DNA of 64,000 bases from Candidatus Poribacteria bacterium (GTDB taxonomy: Bacteria; Poribacteria; WGA-4E; WGA-3G). Below, piece by piece: positions 27,813 to 38,064 of this stretch; within the stretch, counting starts at the first letter, position 1; each line of letters opens with the position of its first letter. Where the stretch lies: positions 2,240,001 to 2,304,000 of the forward strand of contig OZ243938.1 of the NCBI GenBank assembly GCA_965214095.1, given 5' to 3'. The position numbers and the translations under genes were made by a program. The notes under the pieces were generated by a model. That model was not told the origin of the DNA, ran no database searches, and saw nothing but the letters and a program-made list of their open reading frames with translations.

Positions 27813-28667
27813 ATGTTTTGGCGGCGAGCTTTGAGTGTAGTAGTGCTGCTTCCGGTAATCATCCTGATAATTTATTGGGATGGTTGGCCTTGGCATGATA
27901 AGCCTTTGCTTTATCTACTGCTCGTTTCCTTCGCTGTCACCATGATGCAAATCGAATACTGCAGGTTAGCTGGAAACTTCGGCAGCAAATTGAATCCGGT
28001 TATACCTGTCGTTCTCACGGTTTCATTTAGTTGTTTTGCATTTTTCTTGCCCGAATCAATAGAAAATGTGAACGTTTCAATCATAATGTCCTGCTTCATG
28101 GTCGGAGTATTCATCTACGCTTTCGCATCAAGCATTTTCCGTGGAAAAATTGATGGAGAATTGTGGACCGTCAAGTTAAAACTAACAGGGATACTAACAA
28201 TCGGATGGGCATTTGGTTATCACTGTATTCTTCTGCGAATAACAGGTGAATTTGGTTTTCAACTAATCATCTTACTCATCGGTACAATTTGGTGTAGTGA
28301 TACCGGTGCGTATCTTATCGGTAGGGCAGTCGGTAAAACTAAACTCAGCACCCCGATTAGTCCCCGGAAAACAGTTGAAGGTACAATTGCTGGTTTAGTC
28401 GTAGGCACCCTGACAAGTGTTGTCCTCAGCATGTTATTTCTACAAGGAACGGTTTCGTTGTCACACGCAGCTATTTTAGGGTTCGTATTGAGTGTGTTGG
28501 GACAACTTGGTGATTTGAGTGTCTCACTCATGAAACGGACTGCAGGTGTCAAAGACTCTGGAGATGTTATACCGGGACACGGTGGATTTCTTGATAGATG
28601 TGATAGTTTGATATTTACCACACCTATCCTCTATTATTATCTCATTTTCGTTGGGATTTTAAAATAG
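27813..28667 (+). CDS. cdsA: Phosphatidate cytidylyltransferase
   Basis: W.SDTGAY..G...GK, ISP.KT.EG, GDL..S..KR..GVKDSG..IPGHGG.LDR.DS. Confidence 0.93.
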   Translation: MFWRRALSVVVLLPVIILIIYWDGWPWHDKPLLYLLLVSFAVTMMQIEYCRLAGNFGSKLNPVIPVVLTVSFSCFAFFLPESIENVNVSIIMSCFMVGVFIYAFASSIFRGKIDGELWTVKLKLTGILTIGWAFGYHCILLRITGEFGFQLIILLIGTIWCSDTGAYLIGRAVGKTKLSTPISPRKTVEGTIAGLVVGTLTSVVLSMLFLQGTVSLSHAAILGFVLSVLGQLGDLSVSLMKRTAGVKDSGDVIPGHGGFLDRCDSLIFTTPILYYYLIFVGILK

Positions 28668-28786
28668 AAATATATTCAACTTGTGTCATATCGCTGTCTA
28701 TAAGCAATGTATTTGATGCATCCAGGACAGACTATCTAAATATCATTCAAGGCGGGTATACATCACTGCCAAAATAATCAATACAC

Positions 28787-29953
28787 ATGAAGCACATTGC
28801 GATTTTAGGTAGTACCGGTTCTATTGGAAAAAACACCCTTGACGTTGTTGAAACACACAAAGATGCATTTAAGGTTGTTTCCCTTGCAGCCAACAAAGAT
28901 GTTGATACGTTTGAACATCAAATACGAAAATTTCGTCCGCGTATAGCAGCATTATTTGATATTAATGCTGCAAATTGTCTTCGTGAACGCCTACATGATT
29001 ATGAGGGAACTGAAATACTTTCAGGCAATGATGGCATTCTTGCTGTCGCTACTGTTGATGAAGCTGAACAAGTCTTAGATGGAATGGGAGGAAGTGCAGG
29101 GTTGCTTCCTACATTAGCCGCTATCAATGCGGGTAAAGACATCGCCTTTGTCAATAAAGAAGTAATGGTAATGTGCGGTGCTTTGGTACTGGAAGCCGTA
29201 AAGAGGAACGGTGTCAACTTAATCCCTATTGACGGTGAAATGAGTGCGATCTTTCAGTGTTTAGAAGGTGCGCGAGATAAGCAAACTGACATACATAGAT
29301 TACTCTTAACTGCATCTGGTGGACCGTTTAGAGATACACCGAAAGAGAGTCTTTACAAAGTTACACCACAACAAGCATTAAAGCATCCTAACTGGGATAT
29401 GGGGGCAAAGATAACGATTGATTCAGCAACCATGATGAACAAAGGATTGGAAGTTATTGAGGCAAAATGGTTGTTTGACATTGAACTTGAAAAAATAGAC
29501 ATCGTTGTCCACAGGGAAAGTATCGTGCATTCAATGGTTGAATGGACAGATGGATCAACACTTGCTCAACTCGGACCAACGGATATGCGTATTATGATTC
29601 AATACGCTTTAACATATCCTAACAGGCTTTCTACGCCAGTCCCACGTTTAGATTTACGCGAACCTCGTACATTGCATTTTGAACCGGTTGATAGAGAAAA
29701 GTTCCCATGTATCTCACTTGCTTATACCGCCGCTGAAGTCGGAGGGACGCTTCCCGTTGTTCTTAGCAGTGCAGACGAAGTTGTGGTAGATGCTTTTCTT
29801 GATGAAACCATCGGTTTTATGGACATTCCCTCCGTCTTGCAGAGTGTAATGGACAAACATGAAGTGATTGCAGACCCTACACTTGAGGATATTCTTGAAG
29901 TTGACAAGTGGGCAAAATCGACTGCACTTTCAATCATTAACGCTAAGAGGTAG
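28787..29953 (+). CDS. dxr: 1-deoxy-D-xylulose-5-phosphate reductoisomerase
   Basis: LGSTGSIG, LTASGGPF, HPNW.MG.KITIDSATMMNKGLEVIEA; variant PIDGEM instead of PVDSEH. Confidence 0.95.
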   Translation: MKHIAILGSTGSIGKNTLDVVETHKDAFKVVSLAANKDVDTFEHQIRKFRPRIAALFDINAANCLRERLHDYEGTEILSGNDGILAVATVDEAEQVLDGMGGSAGLLPTLAAINAGKDIAFVNKEVMVMCGALVLEAVKRNGVNLIPIDGEMSAIFQCLEGARDKQTDIHRLLLTASGGPFRDTPKESLYKVTPQQALKHPNWDMGAKITIDSATMMNKGLEVIEAKWLFDIELEKIDIVVHRESIVHSMVEWTDGSTLAQLGPTDMRIMIQYALTYPNRLSTPVPRLDLREPRTLHFEPVDREKFPCISLAYTAAEVGGTLPVVLSSADEVVVDAFLDETIGFMDIPSVLQSVMDKHEVIADPTLEDILEVDKWAKSTALSIINAKR

Positions 29954-29996
29954 TGCAGCATTGGCAAACTTGCCGTCATAAAATAGGAGACATATA

Positions 29997-31694
29997 ATGG
30001 ATTTTTTTCAACCTATCCTTTCAATTATCCCTGGTATCAAAGCAGTTCTACTTGCTATTATCCCACTCGGATTTCTAATTTTTATTCATGAACTCGGTCA
30101 TTTTCTTGCTGCGAAACGTGCGGGGATAAAGGTCAATACGTTTTCACTCGGTTTCGGTCCAAAAATCTTTGGATTTACGAAAGGAGAAACACTTTACAAA
30201 CTCTCACTCTTGCCGTTTGGTGGATATGTCGCAATGGAAGGTGAAAACCCGACTGAACAGACTGGTGAAGAAGGTGAATTTGGTAGTGCTTCTCTCGGTA
30301 ATCGTGCATTTGTTGTTATCGCTGGACCTGTAGTGAATTTATTGTTCGGTATATTAGCATTCTGGTTTATTTTTACCGTGGGGCTTGATAGAGATTCTGC
30401 AGGGTTAATCAGTCGTTTAACAGGACAGTCTTTTAGCAATGAACAAGAGGCGGTTCAGATAGGTATGCTTGCCGATAATGGTCCCGCTGCTGTGGCAGGT
30501 GTCAAACCTGGCGACACAATTGTTTCTTTAGATGGTACCCCAATAGCAAATTGGAATGTATTCCACACGAAAATTTTCACCAATCCTGAGAAGGAAATGG
30601 AACTCGTCGTTGAACGGGATGGAGAACAGGAGATACTTACCGTAACACCGGATGCTCAAGCTGGTGGTCCGAGGGGTGACTATGGGGTGCTCCAGGTAAG
30701 CAGTACAAGTGCTGCGTTTGTTTCCAATGTTGATGAAAGCAGTTTGGCAGCAGAAGCAGGCATAAAAGTTGGCGATCAGATAGAAACAATTAACGGTCAA
30801 CAGATATATTCTGTCCCTCAGTTTGGTCCTGATATCTGGCATCCGAGATTCGACTGGTTTGGAACAAATTACCAAGCACTTTACCAACAGATTAACGAAA
30901 ACAGAGAGGAAATTGCAATCGGTGTTAGCAGAAGTGTTGACAAAGAAACTTATGAGAAACTCACAATAACAATGCCTGTCACTTGGGAGATAAGAACGGA
31001 TGTTCAAGAAAAAAGCACTGCAGATAAAGCAGGGCTTAAGAATGGTGATGTTCTGATCCGTTTTAACGGAAATTCAGTAGACAGTAAATCGCTCTTCTCG
31101 GAATTGGAGATAGTGGATGATGATCCGATAGTACTCGGTATTTTACGTGATGGAACTGAACAAACGGTAACGCTTTTACCAGCAGAGGCTTCAGCTAAGG
31201 ACGAAGAAGACACATTTTTGGGAATTAAATGGGCACCCTATCTGAGTGGAATGAGAATAGGTGGGTCCCCGTTACCCAAATATAACGTGTTTACAGCAAT
31301 TGGTAAAGGATTTGAAACGACTTGGCTTACGTTTACCTCTATCACACGCACACTAAAACAGTTGATTGGTGGAGAGGTATCTCCGAAGTATCTATCGGGT
31401 CCGATTGGTATTGCGGATGCTACGAGTCGTATGTTTGATAGTGTTAGCTTAACTACAGTTCTCTTTTTCATCGGTTTTATCAGCATTAACCTCGCCATCG
31501 TTAATCTGTTACCAATTCCCATTGCGGATGGTGGACATCTCCTATTTTTTGCCGTTGAGAAAATTAGAGGACAACCCGTACCACGAAGAGCACAGGAAAT
31601 TGTTCAACAGGTGAGTGTAATCCTTCTCATCGCACTATTCTTGTACATCACTTGGTTTGACAGCATTACGTTGTTTGATAGCTGGTTTAACTAA
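29997..31694 (+). CDS. rseP: RIP metalloprotease RseP (M50) with multiple PDZ domains
   Basis: HELGH, FSLGFGP, P.GGYV, AGP..N, NLLPIP..DGG; three A..AG.K.GD repeats. Confidence 0.92.
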   Translation: MDFFQPILSIIPGIKAVLLAIIPLGFLIFIHELGHFLAAKRAGIKVNTFSLGFGPKIFGFTKGETLYKLSLLPFGGYVAMEGENPTEQTGEEGEFGSASLGNRAFVVIAGPVVNLLFGILAFWFIFTVGLDRDSAGLISRLTGQSFSNEQEAVQIGMLADNGPAAVAGVKPGDTIVSLDGTPIANWNVFHTKIFTNPEKEMELVVERDGEQEILTVTPDAQAGGPRGDYGVLQVSSTSAAFVSNVDESSLAAEAGIKVGDQIETINGQQIYSVPQFGPDIWHPRFDWFGTNYQALYQQINENREEIAIGVSRSVDKETYEKLTITMPVTWEIRTDVQEKSTADKAGLKNGDVLIRFNGNSVDSKSLFSELEIVDDDPIVLGILRDGTEQTVTLLPAEASAKDEEDTFLGIKWAPYLSGMRIGGSPLPKYNVFTAIGKGFETTWLTFTSITRTLKQLIGGEVSPKYLSGPIGIADATSRMFDSVSLTTVLFFIGFISINLAIVNLLPIPIADGGHLLFFAVEKIRGQPVPRRAQEIVQQVSVILLIALFLYITWFDSITLFDSWFN

Positions 31695-31702
31695 ATTGCT
31701 AT

Positions 31703-32419
31703 ATGCATGGAATTGACATGGATAATAGTCTAAGAGAAGAATATCTTAACATAGTTGCAACTGTGAGGGAACACGTGACAGAACAACTTGAATTCGGTTT
31801 TTTAGAAGCAGAAACATCAGAAAACGGAAAAGAACATCCGTTTTCAGACTTAGATTTAGCTGCACTAAACGATGATGCCCAAAGTTGTGTAAAATGCGGA
31901 TTACACGCAGAACGCAACTCAGTTGTTTTTGGTGTTGGAAACCTAAATGCCGACTTGATGTTTGTTGGTGAAGCACCCGGTGCTGATGAAGACAAGCAAG
32001 GGGAACCTTTTGTTGGCAGAGCAGGAAAATTACTTACAGACATTATTAAGGCGATGAAATTAACACGTGAAGATGTCTACATCGCTAACGTGTTAAAATG
32101 CCGTCCTCCAGGCAACAGAAATCCTACGCCTGATGAGGTAGAAACTTGTAGTCCCTATCTATTACGACAAATCACGTTGATCCAACCGAAAATCATCGTA
32201 GCACTCGGTAGTTTTGCTGCACAGATGCTATTGGATACGAAAACAGGAATATCCGCACTCCGCGGGCGGTTCCATGAGTTTGCTCTCGCCCAACAAGACG
32301 ATAATGCTCCTACCGTTATGCCGACCTATCATCCTGCGTATCTGCTCCGAAATCCGAGTGCGAAACGCGATGTTTGGGAAGACATGCAACAGGTGATGGA
32401 TTTATTACATGGTAAATAA
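31703..32419 (+). CDS. Uracil-DNA glycosylase family 4 (Fe-S)
   Basis: [41 protein letters not shown]. Confidence 0.92.
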   Translation: MHGIDMDNSLREEYLNIVATVREHVTEQLEFGFLEAETSENGKEHPFSDLDLAALNDDAQSCVKCGLHAERNSVVFGVGNLNADLMFVGEAPGADEDKQGEPFVGRAGKLLTDIIKAMKLTREDVYIANVLKCRPPGNRNPTPDEVETCSPYLLRQITLIQPKIIVALGSFAAQMLLDTKTGISALRGRFHEFALAQQDDNAPTVMPTYHPAYLLRNPSAKRDVWEDMQQVMDLLHGK

Positions 32420-32485
32420 TGCTTACACGATGTAACCGCTTGTACGTCTACCAAGACCTACCATTTATTTGGATAGAGTAAGATA

Positions 32486-34999
32486 ATGAATTACGCCAAC
32501 GTTGCTTTTCCTATAGCAGTCAACCGTCTGTTCACTTATTCTGTTCCACAACACCTTGATACAATTTTACAACCCGGTATGCGTGTGCTCGCCTCTTTCC
32601 GCAGAGATAGTCAGGAAGGCGTTGTCGTAGAGCGGACAGATACAACCGATTTGTCACCAGACCAGATAAAAGACATCTCCGACTGCCTTGACGATGTGCC
32701 AACTTATTCTGATGAATTACTTTCACTCACAAAATGGATGGCAGACTACTATCTCACTTCCTGGGGTAACGCCCTTTTTTGTGCTGTTCCTGCAGCAGTC
32801 CGGAACCAAAAACAACAAGTCGTGAAACTTGTTCCTGAATACACACCGCCAACTGGAAAGGTGCAGAAAGCAATTGTCGCACATTTGGAATCAGAGGATG
32901 AACTGACTCCCAACCAGCTTGGCCGTCGCATTGGCAAAAGTTACGCACAACTCCGACCTACCATCACAGCACTTCGTGAAAAGGGTGTTGTTGAGGTCAT
33001 TGTCAGTCACAAGCCGAAAGCCACTACGCAATTTACCAATATTGCTACATTAGCATTGACAAATGCTGAAATAGAGGGTGAGATTTCTGAACTGACTACA
33101 GGTGGAGATGGATATGAAGCAAATAATGAGAAGAAACAACGCACCACACATGCAGCCGCTGCCAAACATGCCGAAATTCTTCAGACACTCCTTGATGAAG
33201 GAGGCTCAGTATCCACAGCAGAAATAACAAAACGGGTCAAGACAAGCATCTCACTACTTCGCACACTTGAAAGACGGGGACTAATTAAGATATCTCGCGC
33301 GGAAGCGGTGCGCAACCCACTCAGCAGTCAGCATGTCGTACCTACATCGCCACTTACTCTAAATTCAATCCAATCTGAAGCATTTGAAGACATTCTGAAA
33401 GGCCTCCAGTCGGAAGATAGATCACATTACCGATACTTACTTCACGGTGTCACAGGTAGCGGCAAAACAGAAGTGTATATGCAGGCGATGACGCATATCC
33501 TTGAAAGTGGAAAATCAGTTATCGTGCTTGTTCCGGAGATTTCTCTGACACCGCAAACAACATCAAGGTTTATTGGTCGTTTCGGTGAGCGCGTTGCACT
33601 CCTTCACAGTCGACTCAGTGACGGTGAACGTTTTGACCAGTGGCATCGTATCCAAAAAGGGGATGCAGATATTGTTATTGGTCCCCGATCTGCTATTTTC
33701 GCTCCTGTAAAACAACTCGGTCTACTGATTATTGACGAAGAACACTCAGATTCATATAAATCGGATACTGCACCGCGTTACCATGCACGTGAAGTTGCAC
33801 AAAAACGAAGTGAACTCGCAAACTGTCCGATAATACTTGGCAGCGCGACACCGTCCCTTGAAAGTTATTATAACTCTCAGAACGGCACTTATAAACTGCT
33901 TAAACTGCCTTCGCGTGTATTAGACAGAAAGATGCCAGAAGTCCATATTGTTGATATGCGAGAAGAACTAAAGAATGGCAACCGCACAATCTTCTCCGAA
34001 CTCCTCAGAAACTCAATTGGTGAAAGGTTGGAGAAGCATGAACAGACTATACTGTTTCTAAACAGACGCGGACATTCCAGTTATGTATTCTGTCGCACTT
34101 GCGGTTATGTAGAGAGGTGCGAAAACTGCTCTATTTCATTAACATTCCATTTTGAAACAAAAAGAATGGTCTGCCACCATTGTGGACATCAACGTGACAC
34201 GCATGCATCTTGTCCTGATTGTGATGGCGTTGCAATTGATTACTTTGGTCGCAGAGGATTTGGGACAGAAACAGTTGAGCAAGAGGTGCGTAAATCTTAC
34301 CCAACGGCAAATATCAAAAGATTTGATGCAGATTCAACTGCACGAAAAAATGCACATCAGCACATTTTGGACGGTTTCCAACGACAGGAAATTGATATTC
34401 TCATCGGGACACAGATGGTGGCAAAAGGTTTGGATTTCCCCAATGTGACCTTGGTTGGGGTGGTTGTTGCTGATACTGCTTTGAATTTACCGGATTTTCG
34501 CGCAAGTGAACAGACGTTTAGTCTGCTCACACAAGTTGCTGGTCGTTCTGGACGGGCTGATACAGCTGGTGAAGTAATCGTCCAGACCTACATGCCGAAC
34601 CACTACAGTATTTCATCTGTCAAGAAACATGACTACATCGGTTTTTATCAACAAGAGATAGAAGCACGGAGTGTTTTACAATATCCTCCTTTCAGTCATG
34701 TTGCCACACTTTTGCTACGTGGTGAGGATGAAAAAGTGGTAATTGACGCTATGCATTCTGTTGATGAGCATCTTCAAGCTTTACAAAGTGAAGATTTTCC
34801 AGAGGTGAAAATTTTAGGTCCTGCTCCTGCCCCGCTCTCTAAGATAGATGGAAAATACCGATGGCATTTCCTGCTCCGATGTCAGAACGTAGACCAAATT
34901 AGTCAACTGTTTCAACGATTGAACGAAGAACCACCAGCAATATTAAAATCGAATGTAATAGATTATATTATAGACATAGATCCAACAAATACGTTATAA
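32486..34999 (+). CDS. priA: Primosomal protein N' (replication restart helicase)
   Basis: HGVTGSGKTEVY, DEEH, GSATPSLES, LNRRG, four CxxC pairs, GTQMVAKGLDFP. Confidence 0.96.
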   Translation: MNYANVAFPIAVNRLFTYSVPQHLDTILQPGMRVLASFRRDSQEGVVVERTDTTDLSPDQIKDISDCLDDVPTYSDELLSLTKWMADYYLTSWGNALFCAVPAAVRNQKQQVVKLVPEYTPPTGKVQKAIVAHLESEDELTPNQLGRRIGKSYAQLRPTITALREKGVVEVIVSHKPKATTQFTNIATLALTNAEIEGEISELTTGGDGYEANNEKKQRTTHAAAAKHAEILQTLLDEGGSVSTAEITKRVKTSISLLRTLERRGLIKISRAEAVRNPLSSQHVVPTSPLTLNSIQSEAFEDILKGLQSEDRSHYRYLLHGVTGSGKTEVYMQAMTHILESGKSVIVLVPEISLTPQTTSRFIGRFGERVALLHSRLSDGERFDQWHRIQKGDADIVIGPRSAIFAPVKQLGLLIIDEEHSDSYKSDTAPRYHAREVAQKRSELANCPIILGSATPSLESYYNSQNGTYKLLKLPSRVLDRKMPEVHIVDMREELKNGNRTIFSELLRNSIGERLEKHEQTILFLNRRGHSSYVFCRTCGYVERCENCSISLTFHFETKRMVCHHCGHQRDTHASCPDCDGVAIDYFGRRGFGTETVEQEVRKSYPTANIKRFDADSTARKNAHQHILDGFQRQEIDILIGTQMVAKGLDFPNVTLVGVVVADTALNLPDFRASEQTFSLLTQVAGRSGRADTAGEVIVQTYMPNHYSISSVKKHDYIGFYQQEIEARSVLQYPPFSHVATLLLRGEDEKVVIDAMHSVDEHLQALQSEDFPEVKILGPAPAPLSKIDGKYRWHFLLRCQNVDQISQLFQRLNEEPPAILKSNVIDYIIDIDPTNTL

Positions 35000-35066
35000 T
35001 ACCTACTTAACCTGATGTGCAGGGAAACAAGAATTGCCTGCACCAAATTAAAGGAATTAATCATAT

Positions 35067-36023
35067 ATGGGCAACCGGATATTTGAGAAACTTGATAATA
35101 CTGACTTAATTGCACAGAGTCCTATTCTCGTTTTTGCTGCTGACCCGCTTGCATCAGCAGGCATAAAAGGACTCGGACAAGTGCAACACCCAAAACCGCA
35201 CTATCGAACGCATGGCGAGTTCTTACAACTCCAACGGGATCTTGTTGCAGATGGACAACTTGATGGTCTCCTGATGACCCCCGCAGATGCGGAAATACTT
35301 GCGCTTGATGAAAACCTGTTTGAGAACACGCCAATCACCCCAATTGTTCGCATGAACTCCGAAACTGCAATCTGGAATCCGAGATTTGGTGTGTACACCT
35401 CAAGACCATCAATGCCATTTCAGACAGTTTTCCCTGAAGATATGCAACGGTATTGTGAGACGCTTGTTGGTCCTGCGTTGGATTGCCGGGTCAATCTCGG
35501 ATTATATTCAATTACTCTCAACAATGACCCACTTGTCGACGAGAAAATGTTGCATGCTTACGTTCAATTTGCACATATTGTGGGAGAAATAGAAGGATTT
35601 GATCATCTATTAGAGGTGTTTTTGCCGAATGTAAAAATGCCGGGAATGGATGAAGAAAAACGGGGTATGTATGTCGCCGATTCTATTGTCCGCACGATGA
35701 GTTATCTCCGTAAACACCAACGTCCTCGTTTCATAAAGACTGCATACACGACTGCTGATGTTTGGACGGAATTATGTCAATTTGATACAACGCTTGTTAT
35801 CGGTGCGTTGGGTGGAGCGCGGCAAAATGCTCGTAGCACTTTTGCCCTGGCACATAACGTTGTACAGAACGGTGGACGCGCTATATTGTTCGGCCGCACA
35901 ATCTTTGGTGAAGATGATCCAATTAGTTTTGTGCAATGCTTACGGCGCGTGCTTGATGGAGACTCTGATCCGCAAGCGGCACATGCAGACTATCAGAAGA
36001 ACCTAAGAACTCGGACATCTTAG
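35067..36023 (+). CDS. Uncharacterised class I aldolase-like TIM-barrel protein
   Basis: LLEVF.PN, FIKTAY (candidate Schiff-base Lys), ALGG, GG.AILFGRTIF phosphate-binding-like motif. Confidence 0.55.
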   Translation: MGNRIFEKLDNTDLIAQSPILVFAADPLASAGIKGLGQVQHPKPHYRTHGEFLQLQRDLVADGQLDGLLMTPADAEILALDENLFENTPITPIVRMNSETAIWNPRFGVYTSRPSMPFQTVFPEDMQRYCETLVGPALDCRVNLGLYSITLNNDPLVDEKMLHAYVQFAHIVGEIEGFDHLLEVFLPNVKMPGMDEEKRGMYVADSIVRTMSYLRKHQRPRFIKTAYTTADVWTELCQFDTTLVIGALGGARQNARSTFALAHNVVQNGGRAILFGRTIFGEDDPISFVQCLRRVLDGDSDPQAAHADYQKNLRTRTS

Positions 36024-36054
36024 CGAAAACAATTATGCTGTGTCCTTCAGTCTT

Positions 36055-36270
36055 GTAGGTGCGGTTTCATAACAGCATCATAGGTGTCAATTTAGCGTCC
36101 TTCCAAGTACCGGTAGGTTCGGTTTCCTAACCGAACTAGCTTTGTGCCAAATACCTTCATAGAGGTTCTCGCGTAGGATCCGGTTCGGTTAGGAAACCGA
36201 ACCTACCAGCCTGGGATTATAGCGTAATTCTCTTAAATTGACGCCTATGGTGCGGTTTCATGACAGCACT
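36055..36270. repeat. Composite REP cluster: 16-bp TIR element with two inverted REPs, flanked by a ~20-bp direct repeat
   Basis: TIR CATAGGTGTCAATTTA (36079-36094) / TAAATTGACGCCTATG (36234-36249); REPs at 36113-36137 and 36182-36206; flanks GGTGCGGTTTCAT(A/G)ACAGCA. Confidence 0.65.
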
Positions 36271-36320
36271 ATAAGAAGGCACACATGCCTAACGTGCCTT
36301 CTTACTGATATTGCTATCAC

Positions 36321-38030
36321 CTAAATAACTCGTTTCGCATAGACATAATATGCACCAAGCGATAATTCACCTGTCTCATCAGAGAACTCTGTGTGCATCC
36401 GTGTCTGTCCTGCTTTGAGATCGAATGTAAAGTTCACACCGACAGCATCAGGTTCAATAACTTGCGTTGCAGTCTGATCACCAATACGGATTTGTGCTGT
36501 TTTCAAATTTAATGCACGTCCACCATTGTATAGGTCAATTTTCTCACCGGGAATACCTTCGGTAATTGCCCTATTTTCCTCTCGTGGCCAGCGGCGTAAC
36601 TCAAAACTATACTCACCATCTTCAGGGATCTCAATTGCCCAATATCCGTTGCATTCCATCCCGTTTCGAATAGAACCTTGATTCCAAGCATTTGCACTGC
36701 CGTGCCAATCATGTGTTGTAATACATGCAAGTTGCTCGTTTTGCGTGCCGACGACAATTGGACATTCTTCATCAAACCTTTGTGAAACTATTGTCCACCA
36801 TGCTTCATAATGTTCGCGAAGTTCAGCAACGACATCAGGGTGTTGATCGGCAATGTCCTCTCGTTGCTCGGGATCTGCTTGAATATCGTATAGTTCCGTG
36901 CCGTTGATCAGTCTCCATCTTTGTGACATTGTAGCACTCTGTCTCCACTTTACTGGATTTTCAATCCGCTGCGAATCGGTGACTACCACACGATCTTCCC
37001 ATTCTTCCGGTTTATCTTGAAATAATGGTGTAATGCTTTTTCCATGGAAACGAGAGTTATCAGACACTTCTAAATCGCATAGGTCAATTAGGGTAGGTAG
37101 CAGGTCAATGTTGGCAGTGAGTTCGTCAACTTCTTTCTTTTCTGAAAAACCACCGCTGGGCCAATGCATAAACAGGGGTACACGATGTCCACCTTCATAA
37201 GGTGAACCTTTTTTACCACGCATCCCAGCGTTATATCCAGACTTAACATACTGCTGTCCATCTAAGTCGCAGCCATTAGCAGAACCATTATCTGTCATAA
37301 AGATAAGGATAGTATTTTCTTCAAGTCCGAGAACTTTAAGATGGTGTCGAAGTCGTGCCATATTATCGTCAATGTTGGTAATCATTCCATAAAAACAGGA
37401 ACGTGATTCTGGTTCGCCTTTCCTTCGGTAAACTTCACTATATGCATCGGGAACACGGAAGGGGCCGTGGGGTGCATTGGTCGGAATATAGCAGAAAAAT
37501 GGACGTTCCTTATTGCGTTCAATAAACTTCATTCCTTCCTGAAACCAGACATCTGTGCAGTAACCCTCAAAAGGTTGTTCAGAACCGTTGCTGAAATAGG
37601 TGTCGTCAAAGTAGTCGTTTCCCCAATAGTCTGGTGTTTGACTGATACCGCCGCCGCCGTGATAGAGTGCCTCTTCAAAACCTCGGTCATGCGGACGGAA
37701 CGGATAATTATCTCCAAGATGCCATTTACCGAACATACCTGTTTTATACCCGTTGCGTCTGAAGATATCTGCCATCGTGACTTCATCACTGCGGAGGAGT
37801 GACCTTCCTCCGATGGTATGCCATACACCTGTTGAGTTGCAGTAACGTCCGGTCATTATGCCTGCGCGCGTCGGTGAACAGGTGGGACCGACATGTAGGT
37901 TCTGCAGTTGAACGCTCTCTCCAGCAAGTGCGTCAAGGTTTGGGGTGTTGATGACAGGATTTCCAGTGCATCCTAAATCACCGTAGCCTTGGTCGTCGGT
38001 AATAACGAAAACAAGATTAGGTTGTGTCAC
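36321..38030 (-). CDS. Arylsulfatase (Cys-type)
   Basis: PNLVFVITDDQGYGDL, CSPTRA..MTGR, GKWHLG, TNAPH.P, TDNG, KGS.YEGGHRVP. Confidence 0.93.
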   Translation of the reverse strand: MTQPNLVFVITDDQGYGDLGCTGNPVINTPNLDALAGESVQLQNLHVGPTCSPTRAGIMTGRYCNSTGVWHTIGGRSLLRSDEVTMADIFRRNGYKTGMFGKWHLGDNYPFRPHDRGFEEALYHGGGGISQTPDYWGNDYFDDTYFSNGSEQPFEGYCTDVWFQEGMKFIERNKERPFFCYIPTNAPHGPFRVPDAYSEVYRRKGEPESRSCFYGMITNIDDNMARLRHHLKVLGLEENTILIFMTDNGSANGCDLDGQQYVKSGYNAGMRGKKGSPYEGGHRVPLFMHWPSGGFSEKKEVDELTANIDLLPTLIDLCDLEVSDNSRFHGKSITPLFQDKPEEWEDRVVVTDSQRIENPVKWRQSATMSQRWRLINGTELYDIQADPEQREDIADQHPDVVAELREHYEAWWTIVSQRFDEECPIVVGTQNEQLACITTHDWHGSANAWNQGSIRNGMECNGYWAIEIPEDGEYSFELRRWPREENRAITEGIPGEKIDLYNGGRALNLKTAQIRIGDQTATQVIEPDAVGVNFTFDLKAGQTRMHTEFSDETGELSLGAYYVYAKRVI

Positions 38031-38064
38031 GATAATATCTCCATTTATTTAATTTTATAGTATG

